Virus record (IMG/VR): IMGVR_UViG_3300034063_001922
Location: 1-64,000 of that record
Source of the DNA: a virus
DNA: 64,000 bases
Direction: 5' to 3' (one strand)
Translations under genes and position numbers: made by a program
In this document: positions 8,062 through 17,304 of the stretch, one piece after another
How the letters are laid out: each line of letters begins with the position of its first letter
How positions within the stretch are numbered: position 1 is the stretch's first letter
The notes under the pieces: generated by a model
Database searches by the model: none
What the model was told of the DNA's origin: nothing
What the model saw: only the letters and a program-made list of their open reading frames with translations

Positions 8062-8746
8062 CAACAGGAAAAGCAACCACCCGAACTGAGCAAGCATCAA
8101 CGATCTGAATCCACTGCTCGCGGCTGATACCTATTTGCTCCAGCATCTCGCCCACACCAAATCCTGATGTCAGCAACCGCTGCCCCCGCGCATGGATCTC
8201 TCGCCAAGTCGGGGGCACCTTGAGCAGGAACCCGTTGTCCCGCAGAAAGTGCGTGATCTCCCCATTGGCATAGGTACGCCCATAGGGCCGGAAGGATCCC
8301 CGTGATGGGTCGTAGCGCCGGGCCGCCTTGATCAACCCGATCATCGCCAGCTGCAAAAGATCTTCCTTGGGGTGAACGGTGCGCCGCGCGAAGTTGCCGG
8401 CAATCTTCTCCGCCAGGTCCATGTGCTCCAGAGCCAGGGCATCGGCAGCGGCATGGGGCCGAACGGGGCGTTGACGCCGCGGCCGGCATTGCGGCGCCTG
8501 AAAGGTCTTAGTCCTGGGCGGATGACGAGCAGGCTCCACCCATTCGATCTCCAGCTGCCCCGCTCGCGCGCAACAGGCCGGCCGGTGGTAGCGCCGTTGC
8601 CGCAGCATCTTCGCCGCACCGGTAGCAGTCCCCACCAGCACCACCGTGATCGGCAGCGACAGCTGAAGCACACCCAGCTGCCCATCCACCGGCACCAGAG
8701 CCTGAGTTGGTAACTGCTCAGGGACTTTCAGGACTGCATGCGTCAT
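8057..8746 (-). CDS. SigF/SigB-like sigma factor, regions 2-3 only
   Basis: EDLLQLAMIGLIKAARRYDPSRGSFRPY...GEITHFLRD...KVP; ends before region 4. Confidence 0.8.
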   Translation of the reverse strand: MTHAVLKVPEQLPTQALVPVDGQLGVLQLSLPITVVLVGTATGAAKMLRQRRYHRPACCARAGQLEIEWVEPARHPPRTKTFQAPQCRPRRQRPVRPHAAADALALEHMDLAEKIAGNFARRTVHPKEDLLQLAMIGLIKAARRYDPSRGSFRPYGRTYANGEITHFLRDNGFLLKVPPTWREIHARGQRLLTSGFGVGEMLEQIGISREQWIQIVDACSVRVVAFPVD

Positions 8747-8765
8747 CGGCTTCTCTCCTCCCCCC

Positions 8766-10391
8766 TCACCGACTGATCAGCAGAGGCGTCACCACCGGCT
8801 GGATGCCCTGGGCTTTCCAGTAGCGGCCCTCCAGCCACAAGGCGCCGTGGCAGAAGGCATCCACCAGGTCCTTGCTGCCCTTGGGGAAGCGGATCGCTTC
8901 CTCCACCAGCGGCTGGGCGCGGTGGTGAAAGCGAATCTGACCGGCCTCCACCAGGGGGGCGACGGCATGGGCGCGGGTCTCCTTGCTGCCACGGGCGGTG
9001 ATCGGCAGCATCCCCGGCACGCGACGCCGCAGCGTCTGCAGCACTGCGGGGCCATTGGCGGCGTCCTCGATGAGCACGGCATTGGGCCTGAGGCCCTGTT
9101 GCTCCAGGGCCCCCAGGCAACCCAGTAGGAAGCGGATCACCTCATGCAGGCCAAAGCGGTGCCGCGCCGCCCAGAGCACCTCGATCTCCAGGGCGGCTGG
9201 TGGCGCCGGGCCGTCAGGTTCACCCGTTCGGGGGATGACAGCGCGGGGCGGTGGAGCCAGCAGGCCGGCCAGGCAGAAGCCGCAGTAGTCGCTCTCCGCA
9301 TCCCCCTTGAAGCTCAGGTCACACGAGAGAGCCAGCAGGGCGTACTGCCGCTGGTGGCCCTGCTCGCGGGGGAAGGGCGGGCGGATCCACTGGCGGAGGA
9401 AGATCGATCCCGACGCCGGGCTGGGCCGCTGCTGGTAGAGCGCAGCCCACCAGTAGGCACCGAGGCGAGCGCGGATTTTGATCAGTTCCGGCAGAGGGAA
9501 CCGCTCTGGACACAGCGCCTCGCCCAGCTGTCGCCAGTCGGGGATCAGGCTGCAGGTGGGCGGCAGCTTGGGCCGTTCTGCAGGATCCTCGGCGATCGCC
9601 GGCAGATCCAGCACGGTCCACTGCTGCGGCGCTTCCCCCAGCTCCTGCTCCAGTAGCCAGCCGATCACGTCCTGGTGGTCCCAGCGGGTGAGCACCACCA
9701 CTTGGGCCGAGAGGTTCGGCTGCTCCCTGCCGTCCGGTCCCAGAACGGAGGCTGGTTCGGCGCGGGTGAGCCACACCGAGCGCAGCCAGTCGATCAGCTT
9801 TTGCCGCAGAGCTGGGGATGCGGCATCACCGGGCCCCTTGTAGGGGTCATCGATGATCCCCAGGCTGTAGCCCTTGCCGGTGAACGGCCCATCCACGCCG
9901 GCGGCGATGCAGCCGCCCCGCTGGCGGGTCAGCCAGTTGCCCACTGCAGCCGAGTCGCGGGCCAGCAGATGGCCGGTCACCCGGTAAAAGTGGCGCGCCT
10001 CGCGGGAGTGGGCGTAGGCCAGCTCGGCCGAATAGGAGGCGATTGCCGCGAACAGATGTGGGTAGCGCTGCAGGAAGTAGGCCGGGAACAACTTGGAGAC
10101 CAGCAGCGATTTGCCCAGCCGCGGCGGACAGGTGACGATCAACCGACTGAGCTGGCCATCGGCTACGGCCTGGAGCAGCTCGATCAGCACCTCGGCCCAG
10201 CGATGGAAGCCGTAGCGGGGGTAGGCCTCGGCGATGAAGCTGAGCAGGCTCTGGGGCTCTGCTGGCTCGGCTGCTGTGGCCGCGGGCAGGTGCAGAAGGC
10301 CGCCGTCACCCCAGGGGTCGCAGTCGGGCAGGAGCAACCCGCCCCAGTCGGGCAGAAGACGTGGGGGTGGTGCAACCGCCGCGGCCCTCAT
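8766..10391 (-). CDS. Terminase large subunit
   Basis: CPPRLGKS Walker A, IIDDPYKG Walker B, ALYQQRP, SCDLSFK, IEDAANG, DLVDAF. Confidence 0.93.
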   Translation of the reverse strand: MRAAAVAPPPRLLPDWGGLLLPDCDPWGDGGLLHLPAATAAEPAEPQSLLSFIAEAYPRYGFHRWAEVLIELLQAVADGQLSRLIVTCPPRLGKSLLVSKLFPAYFLQRYPHLFAAIASYSAELAYAHSREARHFYRVTGHLLARDSAAVGNWLTRQRGGCIAAGVDGPFTGKGYSLGIIDDPYKGPGDAASPALRQKLIDWLRSVWLTRAEPASVLGPDGREQPNLSAQVVVLTRWDHQDVIGWLLEQELGEAPQQWTVLDLPAIAEDPAERPKLPPTCSLIPDWRQLGEALCPERFPLPELIKIRARLGAYWWAALYQQRPSPASGSIFLRQWIRPPFPREQGHQRQYALLALSCDLSFKGDAESDYCGFCLAGLLAPPPRAVIPRTGEPDGPAPPAALEIEVLWAARHRFGLHEVIRFLLGCLGALEQQGLRPNAVLIEDAANGPAVLQTLRRRVPGMLPITARGSKETRAHAVAPLVEAGQIRFHHRAQPLVEEAIRFPKGSKDLVDAFCHGALWLEGRYWKAQGIQPVVTPLLISR

Positions 10392-10927
10392 GGCCCTCCC
10401 CTCCCTTCCGGTGGCTTGATCGGTGCGCGCAGCAGCCCGCCGATCTCAGCGATCACCCGGAAGGCGCCGACGGCCGCCGAAAACTGCTCGGCGTCCATGG
10501 CCCGGCGGGCGCATTCGTTCAGCGCAAAGATCTGCTCGGCCTGGTGTCGGCGGCGGTCGGTGATCAGCTCCTCCACCATCCGCTCGCGGGCGAGGTTGAG
10601 GTAGCGGTGCACCGTGAGGCTGTTGGTCACCCCCCACTTCGCTCCAGCGTTCTCCAGGATCTGCACCATCGGCAGGCGCTGGGCGATCCACAGCTGGGCC
10701 TCCGCCACCCGCCGCTCGATCTCCAGCCGGCTGGGCCTGGGGGCGGCGTTACTCCTGCGCCGCTGGCGCGGTGGGTTGCCCGGTCCCACCGGCCGCCTGG
10801 GGTCCACACCCACCATCGCCCCCAGCGGCTGGCCGTCGTCGTCCTCGGCTGGAGCCGCACAGCGCAGGGCCTCGATGGCATCGCTGCCGGCCTGCTCATC
10901 CCCGCCGTGGTGCCGGGGAGCGGTCAT
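10388..10927 (-). CDS. Putative terminase small subunit
   Basis: Overlaps the TerL start; HTH-like plus helical region; near-identical C-terminal half in 31476-31997. Confidence 0.7.
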   Translation of the reverse strand: MTAPRHHGGDEQAGSDAIEALRCAAPAEDDDGQPLGAMVGVDPRRPVGPGNPPRQRRRSNAAPRPSRLEIERRVAEAQLWIAQRLPMVQILENAGAKWGVTNSLTVHRYLNLARERMVEELITDRRRHQAEQIFALNECARRAMDAEQFSAAVGAFRVIAEIGGLLRAPIKPPEGRGGP

Positions 10928-11304
10928 GGCAGCACGACCTGCCCTGCGATCGCCCACCGCTTGGGTTCTGTTGATTGCAGCTGGATCGCCGCGGCCCCAG
11001 GAGCCCAGCAGCACAACGCCGCCAGCCCCCGTGGGTGGCCAAGCAGCGCGGCGCCCTGGCGCTTGAGATGAATGGTGCCCATGGCCAACGACGCCAAACG
11101 CTATCCACTGAGCCCGGAACTACGAGGAACCGTAGCGGCTCGACATTGTGAGGTGCAAGCAACAGCTTGCGATTCCAGGGAGCAATCAGTCGGTGCTGGC
11201 TGATTCCCCTGGCCGCGATTGCTACGTGTGCGTGCAGACCGCTGGAGTGACTCCAGGCCCCAGCCAGCAGGTGGAGGAGTGGGGGGGTGTCCCTATGGGA
11301 GGGG

Positions 11305-11513
11305 AATGAATGCGTGAACAATTCCGGCAGACCCCTTCTGGTGCAAGGGGTCCGGGCACCAGCAGCCAATGAACCCCCCGTGATGCCCGATGAATGGACC
11401 ATTCACACGGTTTTCATTGCCATTCATCGCTTTTTCATCCCTCCTAAATCGCCAGGAAGCACTGCACCGCAGTGCTTTACAGAGAAAAAATCATCCATTC
11501 ATTCTTTGAATGA
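11305..11513. repeat. Cluster of short ATGAAT/ATTCAT-type repeats, candidate replication origin of element A
   Basis: About ten TGAAT/ATTCA/TTCAT copies in both orientations in non-coding DNA just downstream of the replicase gene. Confidence 0.55.
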
Positions 11514-11546
11514 GGGGGGACACAGGGTGGTGCCCATTGCAGGCAA

Positions 11547-13805
11547 TCAGCGCAACAGGTTCTCCAGACCGCCGCGGCCCTGGCGGGGGAGCTCCAGCAG
11601 CCGCTGGCCCTTGGGTGTGAGGCACCAGGCCATGCCCGTCTTGCGAATCAGCCCCCGCTTGCGCAGCCAGGTGAGGTTGTTGCGCACTGAGCCCTCGTGG
11701 AAGCCGCTCAGGTCGTGGCAGAGATAGGGGCTGCAGGTTGGTAGGCCGCCTGCCTGGCGCCTGGCGATCAGCTCCATCAGCGCCTGGCGGCAGTTGCGGG
11801 TGATCAGTCCCTCGGTAATCTCAAAGCCCTCCTCGCAGAGGCGGTAGCTGAACTCCCGCTGCTGGCTGCCGCGCAGCTTGTGCACGCTCCAGACATTGCA
11901 GGGCCCCTGGTCACTGCTCTTGCGGGTGAGCTGGTGCACAGCAGAAGGGATCTGATTGATGTTCTGGTTGCCGGCCGCGGCCTGCAGCCCCTTGCCCGCG
12001 CTCTTGCCCCCGGCCGGGTGGTGCAGCCAAAGCAGCGAGCAGTGACGGCACACCAGGGCCTGCATCAGCCGCAGCAGGGTGCCCACCGGCCCGATGCCGA
12101 AGTTCACGCCGGCCAGCTCCAGCACCGCCTTGAGCGAATCGATCACCACCAGGGCGTAGGCACCGCCGGCGAGCTCCTGGCGCAGTTCCTGCAACCCCGA
12201 CGGACTGCAGCACCAGGAGGGCAGGGCCTCGCTGGGTTCCGCGCTCCAGATGGTCAGCCGCTCGATCACGACCGGGTCATCGGCATGGCCCAGGTCCTCG
12301 AGGTACTCGCGCACCATGGCGCGGGCCCCCTCGCCGCCGTCGCTGCCGATCCACAGCACCCGGCCGGTGCGGGAGGGAGGGATCTCCTGATCGAGAAAGG
12401 GAAGGCCCTTGATGCAGCACACCGCCATGGCCGCCGCGGCCATCGTCTTGCCGGTGCCGCCGGCGCCAAAAAGCAGATGGTCGCGCCGCCAGAGCAGAAA
12501 GCCCGGCAGCAGGTCTTCTGCCGGCGAGGCGATCGGATCCGAGAGGCTGCGGTTGCGGTTGCCGCCGCGGTGCGAGCTCTGCAGTGGCAGGCCCCAGCGG
12601 CCGGCCAGGGCGTAGTAGAGGCGCTCATCCACCGCCTGGCCGTTCACCCCCAGGCTCCAGAGGGCGGCCCGCACCGCCTGCTCCTGGGCCCAGGTGTCCT
12701 GGGTGTCGAGCAGCAGATCCAGCAGCTGCTCCAGCAGCAGCGCGATCTGCTGGTCCCGAGGCGGCTCGACCTGGCGGGGTGCTGGCTGCTGCTGGTTGGC
12801 GGTCTCCGCGGGGTGCTCCCTGGGGCGCTCTGACGAGGAGGAGAGAGCCCCTCCTGGTACCAGATTGCTGGTGCTGGACGTCAGGCGGCAGGGGCGGTAG
12901 CCATCGAGGCCGGCGAAGTGGAAGAGGGTGCCGATGGTCACCCCCCGCCCCTTGAAGGAGCGCCACTTGGCCTGGCATTCCTCGGCGTTGAAGCTGCTGC
13001 AGCCCCGCGACCAGGCAATCCAGTGGTGGAGCAGCCCTGGATCGATCGAATGGAGCGCCATGCCGACCGTCAGCCAGCCGTCGTAGTCCTCCCGCGGCTG
13101 GATGTGCGCGAGCAGCTCGATCGCCCGCTCCTGGTCATCGCTGCGCGGGGCGAAATCGGCCTCCACCGGCTCCTCCGGCCTCTTGAAGAGCGGCTCCAGC
13201 AACCAGTCCGGCGCATCGGCCACCTGCTGCTCGGCCGGGGAACGGCCTTCCAGCCAGCGATAGCGGCCGCTGAGCGGATGCACACCGGCGATCACCGACT
13301 GGTGGCCCTCCCAGCGCAGCTCCAGCACCGTGGCGCGGCGGCGCTTGCCGCCCGGCCCACTGGCAGGCGTTGGTGGGGTGGGGGTGTGATCGGCGCTGAC
13401 CGGTCCCCAGCTGCGGCGCCCGCGCAGGCAGTCCCAGTACTCCAGAGGGACGCGGAAGGCCAGCTGGGCGCGCTGGGGCAGGCCGGAACTCCAGCCCACC
13501 GTTGCTGGCAGCTCGGCAGCCAGGCAGCCGTAGATCCGCTGGAAGCAGGCCGTGGCGCCGGGGCCGTCGAAATCCACCGCCAGCACGCCGGAGACCGGGC
13601 CGAGCACCAGCCCCACTGCCCGCACATGGGGGCTGGTCGCGGCCGCGGCCGAGAAGTCCTCCAGGCTGAGGCCGGCGCTGGCCCATTGGCCCAATGGTTC
13701 GCCGCTGCCGGGGTCCACGGGGCGCTTGCGGCCATCGATCGGAATCAGCAGCCAGTCGGAATCGAGGCCGCGCAGGCTCTCGAGCACACCAGGGGCGAGC
13801 GCCAT
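11547..13805 (-). CDS. Bifunctional primase-polymerase + PriCT-2 + RepA/AAA_25-type helicase
   Basis: IPIDGRKRP, AVDFDG, ELRWEGHQSVIAGVHP; YDGWLTVGMALH...KWRSF (PriCT-2); GAGGTGKT; VVIDSL; LHH; start uncertain. Confidence 0.85.
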   Translation of the reverse strand: MALAPGVLESLRGLDSDWLLIPIDGRKRPVDPGSGEPLGQWASAGLSLEDFSAAAATSPHVRAVGLVLGPVSGVLAVDFDGPGATACFQRIYGCLAAELPATVGWSSGLPQRAQLAFRVPLEYWDCLRGRRSWGPVSADHTPTPPTPASGPGGKRRRATVLELRWEGHQSVIAGVHPLSGRYRWLEGRSPAEQQVADAPDWLLEPLFKRPEEPVEADFAPRSDDQERAIELLAHIQPREDYDGWLTVGMALHSIDPGLLHHWIAWSRGCSSFNAEECQAKWRSFKGRGVTIGTLFHFAGLDGYRPCRLTSSTSNLVPGGALSSSSERPREHPAETANQQQPAPRQVEPPRDQQIALLLEQLLDLLLDTQDTWAQEQAVRAALWSLGVNGQAVDERLYYALAGRWGLPLQSSHRGGNRNRSLSDPIASPAEDLLPGFLLWRRDHLLFGAGGTGKTMAAAAMAVCCIKGLPFLDQEIPPSRTGRVLWIGSDGGEGARAMVREYLEDLGHADDPVVIERLTIWSAEPSEALPSWCCSPSGLQELRQELAGGAYALVVIDSLKAVLELAGVNFGIGPVGTLLRLMQALVCRHCSLLWLHHPAGGKSAGKGLQAAAGNQNINQIPSAVHQLTRKSSDQGPCNVWSVHKLRGSQQREFSYRLCEEGFEITEGLITRNCRQALMELIARRQAGGLPTCSPYLCHDLSGFHEGSVRNNLTWLRKRGLIRKTGMAWCLTPKGQRLLELPRQGRGGLENLLR

Positions 13806-13872
13806 CAGCGGGCACGCCCCTGAATCGGCCAGGGGGCTACCGGCTGCGGGCATGGGCGCCAGCACCCATCCC

Positions 13873-14184
13873 TCACAGCACCCCTCCCTGGGACCCCTGG
13901 GATCCAGCGGCAGGGGCGCGCAGCTGCTGGCGTGGCACCAGGTTGCGGGCATCACACACCCGCAGGGAGGTGGGGCAGCGGTAGCCCAGCCGCCGCGCCC
14001 TCACCAGCACACTGGCGCTGCCCACCTGGTCCACCACCCCCGCGGTCCAGGCACAGCCGAGGAACACGCCTACCCGATCGCCCCGGCGGAAGTGGCGGAA
14101 GTCCTGGGGAGGGGCCGCCAGCCGCTGCTGGGCAGGGACACGGGGGCGCCAGATCTGCTGCTCGGCGTCCTCAGCGCTGGCCAT
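13873..14184 (-). CDS. Small hypothetical phage protein (SH3-like barrel)
   Basis: FRRGDRVGVFLGCAWTAGVV; lies between the RHH gene and the replicase. Confidence 0.45.
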   Translation of the reverse strand: MASAEDAEQQIWRPRVPAQQRLAAPPQDFRHFRRGDRVGVFLGCAWTAGVVDQVGSASVLVRARRLGYRCPTSLRVCDARNLVPRQQLRAPAAGSQGSQGGVL

Positions 14185-14365
14185 CGACAGCGCCGGCGGG
14201 GGGCTTGGTCCTGGCTCTTGAGGCAGCGCGAGCGGTGGAGCGGGTGTGGCGGCGGATGTGCTCCCGCAGGATTGAGCGGATCAGCACCACCCGGGGTTCA
14301 TCGCCGCGGTGGGCATCGAGCCAATCGAGCACGTCGTCACTGAGGCGGATCACGGTGGGCCGCAA
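14171..14365 (-). CDS. Ribbon-helix-helix-like regulator
   Basis: TVIRLSDDVLDWLDAHRG...LIRSILRE; positional homologue of 27195-27398 (WLDAxR). Confidence 0.55.
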   Translation of the reverse strand: MRPTVIRLSDDVLDWLDAHRGDEPRVVLIRSILREHIRRHTRSTARAASRARTKPPAGAVDGQR

Positions 14366-14715
14366 GGCTCAAGAAAGCGGGGAGCGGCAGCGTAATCAGA
14401 CTGGCTCGCTAACGCAGGGAGAAAGGATGTACTCCCCCGAGTTCCCTGGGTTGGCTTAAGCACGCCTGCTGGCGGGTTTCGCGGCGCCATGGGGGCGCAA
14501 GGCAGATCGCTCGGGCAGGTGGCAGAACGGGCCTGGTTCCAGCAACAGGCCGCGGCCACCAAGGGCGATGGCCTCCGCAGTGTTCAGGGTTCAGCACGTC
14601 CCGCGAACCGATCAACCCGGCAGTCAGCCCGGTAAGTCGAGGAGGCTGATGTCGCATCCTGTCGTATTCGGGGCGATGCTCTAGCCTTTGGCTATTCTCC
14701 TCGGACTTTCAAGCC

Positions 14716-15444
14716 ATGGCCAACTGGTTTGCGGAGATGGAGGCCCGACAGAGTGAGGCCCGTGTCGCCTTTGGCCGCATGCTCCGGCTGTGGCGCGAGC
14801 GCAACGGCTGGACTCAGTACACCGTGGCCGATTGGGGCAAACAGGCGGGTTTTCCTGCCATCAGCTACGGCAACCTCAGCGCGATCGAGCAGGGCAAGGC
14901 CGGAGAACTGCGCCGCCCTGCCTTCTTCCAGCTGGCGGAGGCCAACCAGCGCCTGTTCAGCGGCGAGCTGGGCACCATCACCGACAAGTGCCTGCGCGAG
15001 AAGATCCAGGCCGGCCAACCGCTCCTCGGCGCCGATGGCCAGCCCTGGGGCCCCCAGGAGTTGTGGTCCTGCTACGTGGGGCTGCTGGAGGTGCCCGAGG
15101 CCTACCGCCAGCCCCAGCGCGGCGACGCCCCCCGGCTGAGTGCTGCCAAGGCGCGGGAGATGAGCCGCCGCTGGCGCGAGCAGGTCGGAGAAGCCATCGA
15201 GGCCCGGCAGCTGGATCCGCTCCAGGCCCTGCAGGCGATTGCCCGGTTGGCGCCACAGGCCCAGCGCAAGCAGCTGCGCACGGTGCTCAGCTCGTTCGGC
15301 GACTACAGCCCCGCTGATTTGCAGCAGCTGTGGGATGGGGAGTGGCTGCCCCAGCAGTGGATCAACAGCTGGCTGGCCGGCCTGGAGGCCGGGAAGGGAG
15401 GAGAGACCAGGCCGGAGCAGCCGGCTGAGGAGGAGCAGCCCTGA
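14716..15444 (+). CDS. XRE-family HTH repressor
   Basis: FGRMLRLWRERNGWTQYT...ISYGNLSAIEQGKAGELR; homologue at 23121-23822. Confidence 0.8.
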   Translation: MANWFAEMEARQSEARVAFGRMLRLWRERNGWTQYTVADWGKQAGFPAISYGNLSAIEQGKAGELRRPAFFQLAEANQRLFSGELGTITDKCLREKIQAGQPLLGADGQPWGPQELWSCYVGLLEVPEAYRQPQRGDAPRLSAAKAREMSRRWREQVGEAIEARQLDPLQALQAIARLAPQAQRKQLRTVLSSFGDYSPADLQQLWDGEWLPQQWINSWLAGLEAGKGGETRPEQPAEEEQP

Positions 15445-15486
15445 CAAGGGACCGGCTGCCGGCTGCCCCGAGAATCTGAGGAGAGC

Positions 15487-15516
15487 TTGCGCCCAGCGTT
15501 AGCGAGCCCATAAGAT
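15487..15516 (+). promoter_or_regulatory. Conserved sigma70-type early promoter with operator-like spacer
   Basis: TTGCGC-N18-TAAGAT; matches TTGCGC-N18-TAAGCT on the minus strand at ~23034-23063. Confidence 0.6.
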
Positions 15517-15552
15517 CGGCGGGCGCGGGCGCCGGTCCCGCATGAGCTCCCG

Positions 15553-16392
15553 ATGGACAACCCCAGGCCCCAGGCTGCAGCGAGCGAGCTGCTCTCCCCC
15601 GAGGCGATGCACTGGCAGGCCGATTGCGAGATGGCCGATGCCCTCTCAGCGTTCCAGAGCCAGGTGGAACCCGCCGCCGAGCTGACGCTGCAGGCCGTCG
15701 TGGAAACAGCAAAGCCTGCCTTTCGGCTCGGTTTCAGCTTCTCGGTACGCAGCAGCGAGGAGGGTACGACCGTGCTGCTGCGGCACCGCAGCGGCGCACA
15801 GCAAAGCGCAGAAGGTGAGGGCCACGACGGTGACTTCACCCTCAGCGCCCGGCTGCTGGCCGGCCTGCTGGGTATTCCTGTGGCTACAGCTCCTCGCCCC
15901 AGCAAGGCCGAGGAGGAATCCTGCGCGGAGGATGGCGCTCCGCCGGCTGCCGCGGCTGCTGGCGCGGGTGCCGGCAGCTCAGCCCCGGAAGCAGTGCCGG
16001 CTGCGCCCTCGCTGTCCACTGCGGAGGTTGCGCCAGCAGGTGAGAACGCCAGCGCCACGCCTGATGCCACGCCTGAACCAGGCATCCAGAGCAGGGCACA
16101 GGAGGAGGTGGCTGGCGGCAGCGCCGAGGGGTTGGATCCAGCCCTGGAGCCCCTCACGGCAGAGGAGATCAGCACCCTGACGGGGATGCTCAAGGAGCTG
16201 GCCCGCAATGACAGGGAAGCCTGGAAGCAATTCTCGCTGGCCTTCCGGGAGCACTTCGAGGTGCCGCGCACCGCCCGCACGATCACCGATCGGATCAGCC
16301 AGCGGCGGCACGCCGAGTTCATCGATCGCTTTGAACGGGAGCTGGCTGCCAGTGGCAGCAGCGGCGCGGTTGGTGCAACGGAGGCGATCTGA
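15553..16392 (+). CDS. Divergent ERF-like protein
   Basis: ALSAFQSQV...LQAVVETAKPAF..GFSFS...LLRHRSG...LLGIP; homologue at 22272-22997. Confidence 0.5.
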   Translation: MDNPRPQAAASELLSPEAMHWQADCEMADALSAFQSQVEPAAELTLQAVVETAKPAFRLGFSFSVRSSEEGTTVLLRHRSGAQQSAEGEGHDGDFTLSARLLAGLLGIPVATAPRPSKAEEESCAEDGAPPAAAAAGAGAGSSAPEAVPAAPSLSTAEVAPAGENASATPDATPEPGIQSRAQEEVAGGSAEGLDPALEPLTAEEISTLTGMLKELARNDREAWKQFSLAFREHFEVPRTARTITDRISQRRHAEFIDRFERELAASGSSGAVGATEAI

Positions 16393-16661
16393 TGGCCAGC
16401 CAGTCCAGTTCCAGCCCGCGGCCGATCGCCTACGGCCACCGCCTGCATCAGCGGCCCGCCGCGGCCGATACCGGCCACTACCTGCACAGCAAAGTGCGCA
16501 GCGATGTCTGGGGCGTGTTGCAGCAGCTCAGGCAGCAGCACGGCCTCTCGATCAGCGGCGCCGCCCATCACCTGATGCGGCTGGGCGCCGGTCTCGATCC
16601 CCTTCCTCCCCTCGATCACCTCACCCGCACCCAACGGTGCGCACAGCGCGATGGCCATTGA
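16392..16661 (+). CDS. Small RHH-like DNA-binding protein
   Basis: VRSDVWGVLQQLRQQHGLSISGAAHHLMR; homologue at 22039-22275. Confidence 0.6.
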   Translation: MASQSSSSPRPIAYGHRLHQRPAAADTGHYLHSKVRSDVWGVLQQLRQQHGLSISGAAHHLMRLGAGLDPLPPLDHLTRTQRCAQRDGH

Positions 16662-17304
16662 GCTCAACGACGGCGCCCGCATCGGCGCGCCAGTGATCCG
16701 CCAGCAGCGCCTCGGCGAGGTGGCCTACCTGGCGGTGGTGCGCACCGAGCAGCGCGACCGCCTGCGCCGCAACCAGAGCAACGGCGAGATGGAGCCGATC
16801 CCCAACGGCACAGACCGCCAGGGGCGGCCGCGCTACAGGCAGGAGATGGTGCTCCATGCCCTGGCCCTGCCCGGCACCACCATGGAGGCCCGCCTGGGGG
16901 ATGAGGGGGGCGTACCAGCGGCAGGCGATCGGGTGCGGCTGATCCTCAAGGCCAGAGGATTCGGCGACTGGATCGAAGCCCGCCGCGGCCACCGCAAGGG
17001 CAAGCTCAATGTGGGTGATGTGCTGACGCTGGAGACCCGCTGGGCCCAGCAGTACGACCAGGACGGCAACGCCAAGGGCCCCAAGATCGACGACCAGGCC
17101 ACCGCCGACGCGCTGCCCCGCAACGTCACCATCGGCTTCTACGGCCCCCTCACCCTGCGTGAAGGGACCGATGGCCGCTGGATTGAAGCTGCTGAGCAGG
17201 CCTACCGGAGCGATGAGGCGGCGCAGCGCCAGCAGCAGGCGATCGAGCTCGATGGCGACGATGACTTCGCCGAGGAGTTCGGCGATGAGGAGGTGCCCTT
17301 CTGA
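16651..17304 (+). CDS. Putative single-stranded DNA-binding protein
   Basis: Acidic tail DDDFAEEFGDEEVPF; occupies the position of the SSB in element B. Confidence 0.55.
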   Translation: MAIELNDGARIGAPVIRQQRLGEVAYLAVVRTEQRDRLRRNQSNGEMEPIPNGTDRQGRPRYRQEMVLHALALPGTTMEARLGDEGGVPAAGDRVRLILKARGFGDWIEARRGHRKGKLNVGDVLTLETRWAQQYDQDGNAKGPKIDDQATADALPRNVTIGFYGPLTLREGTDGRWIEAAEQAYRSDEAAQRQQQAIELDGDDDFAEEFGDEEVPF

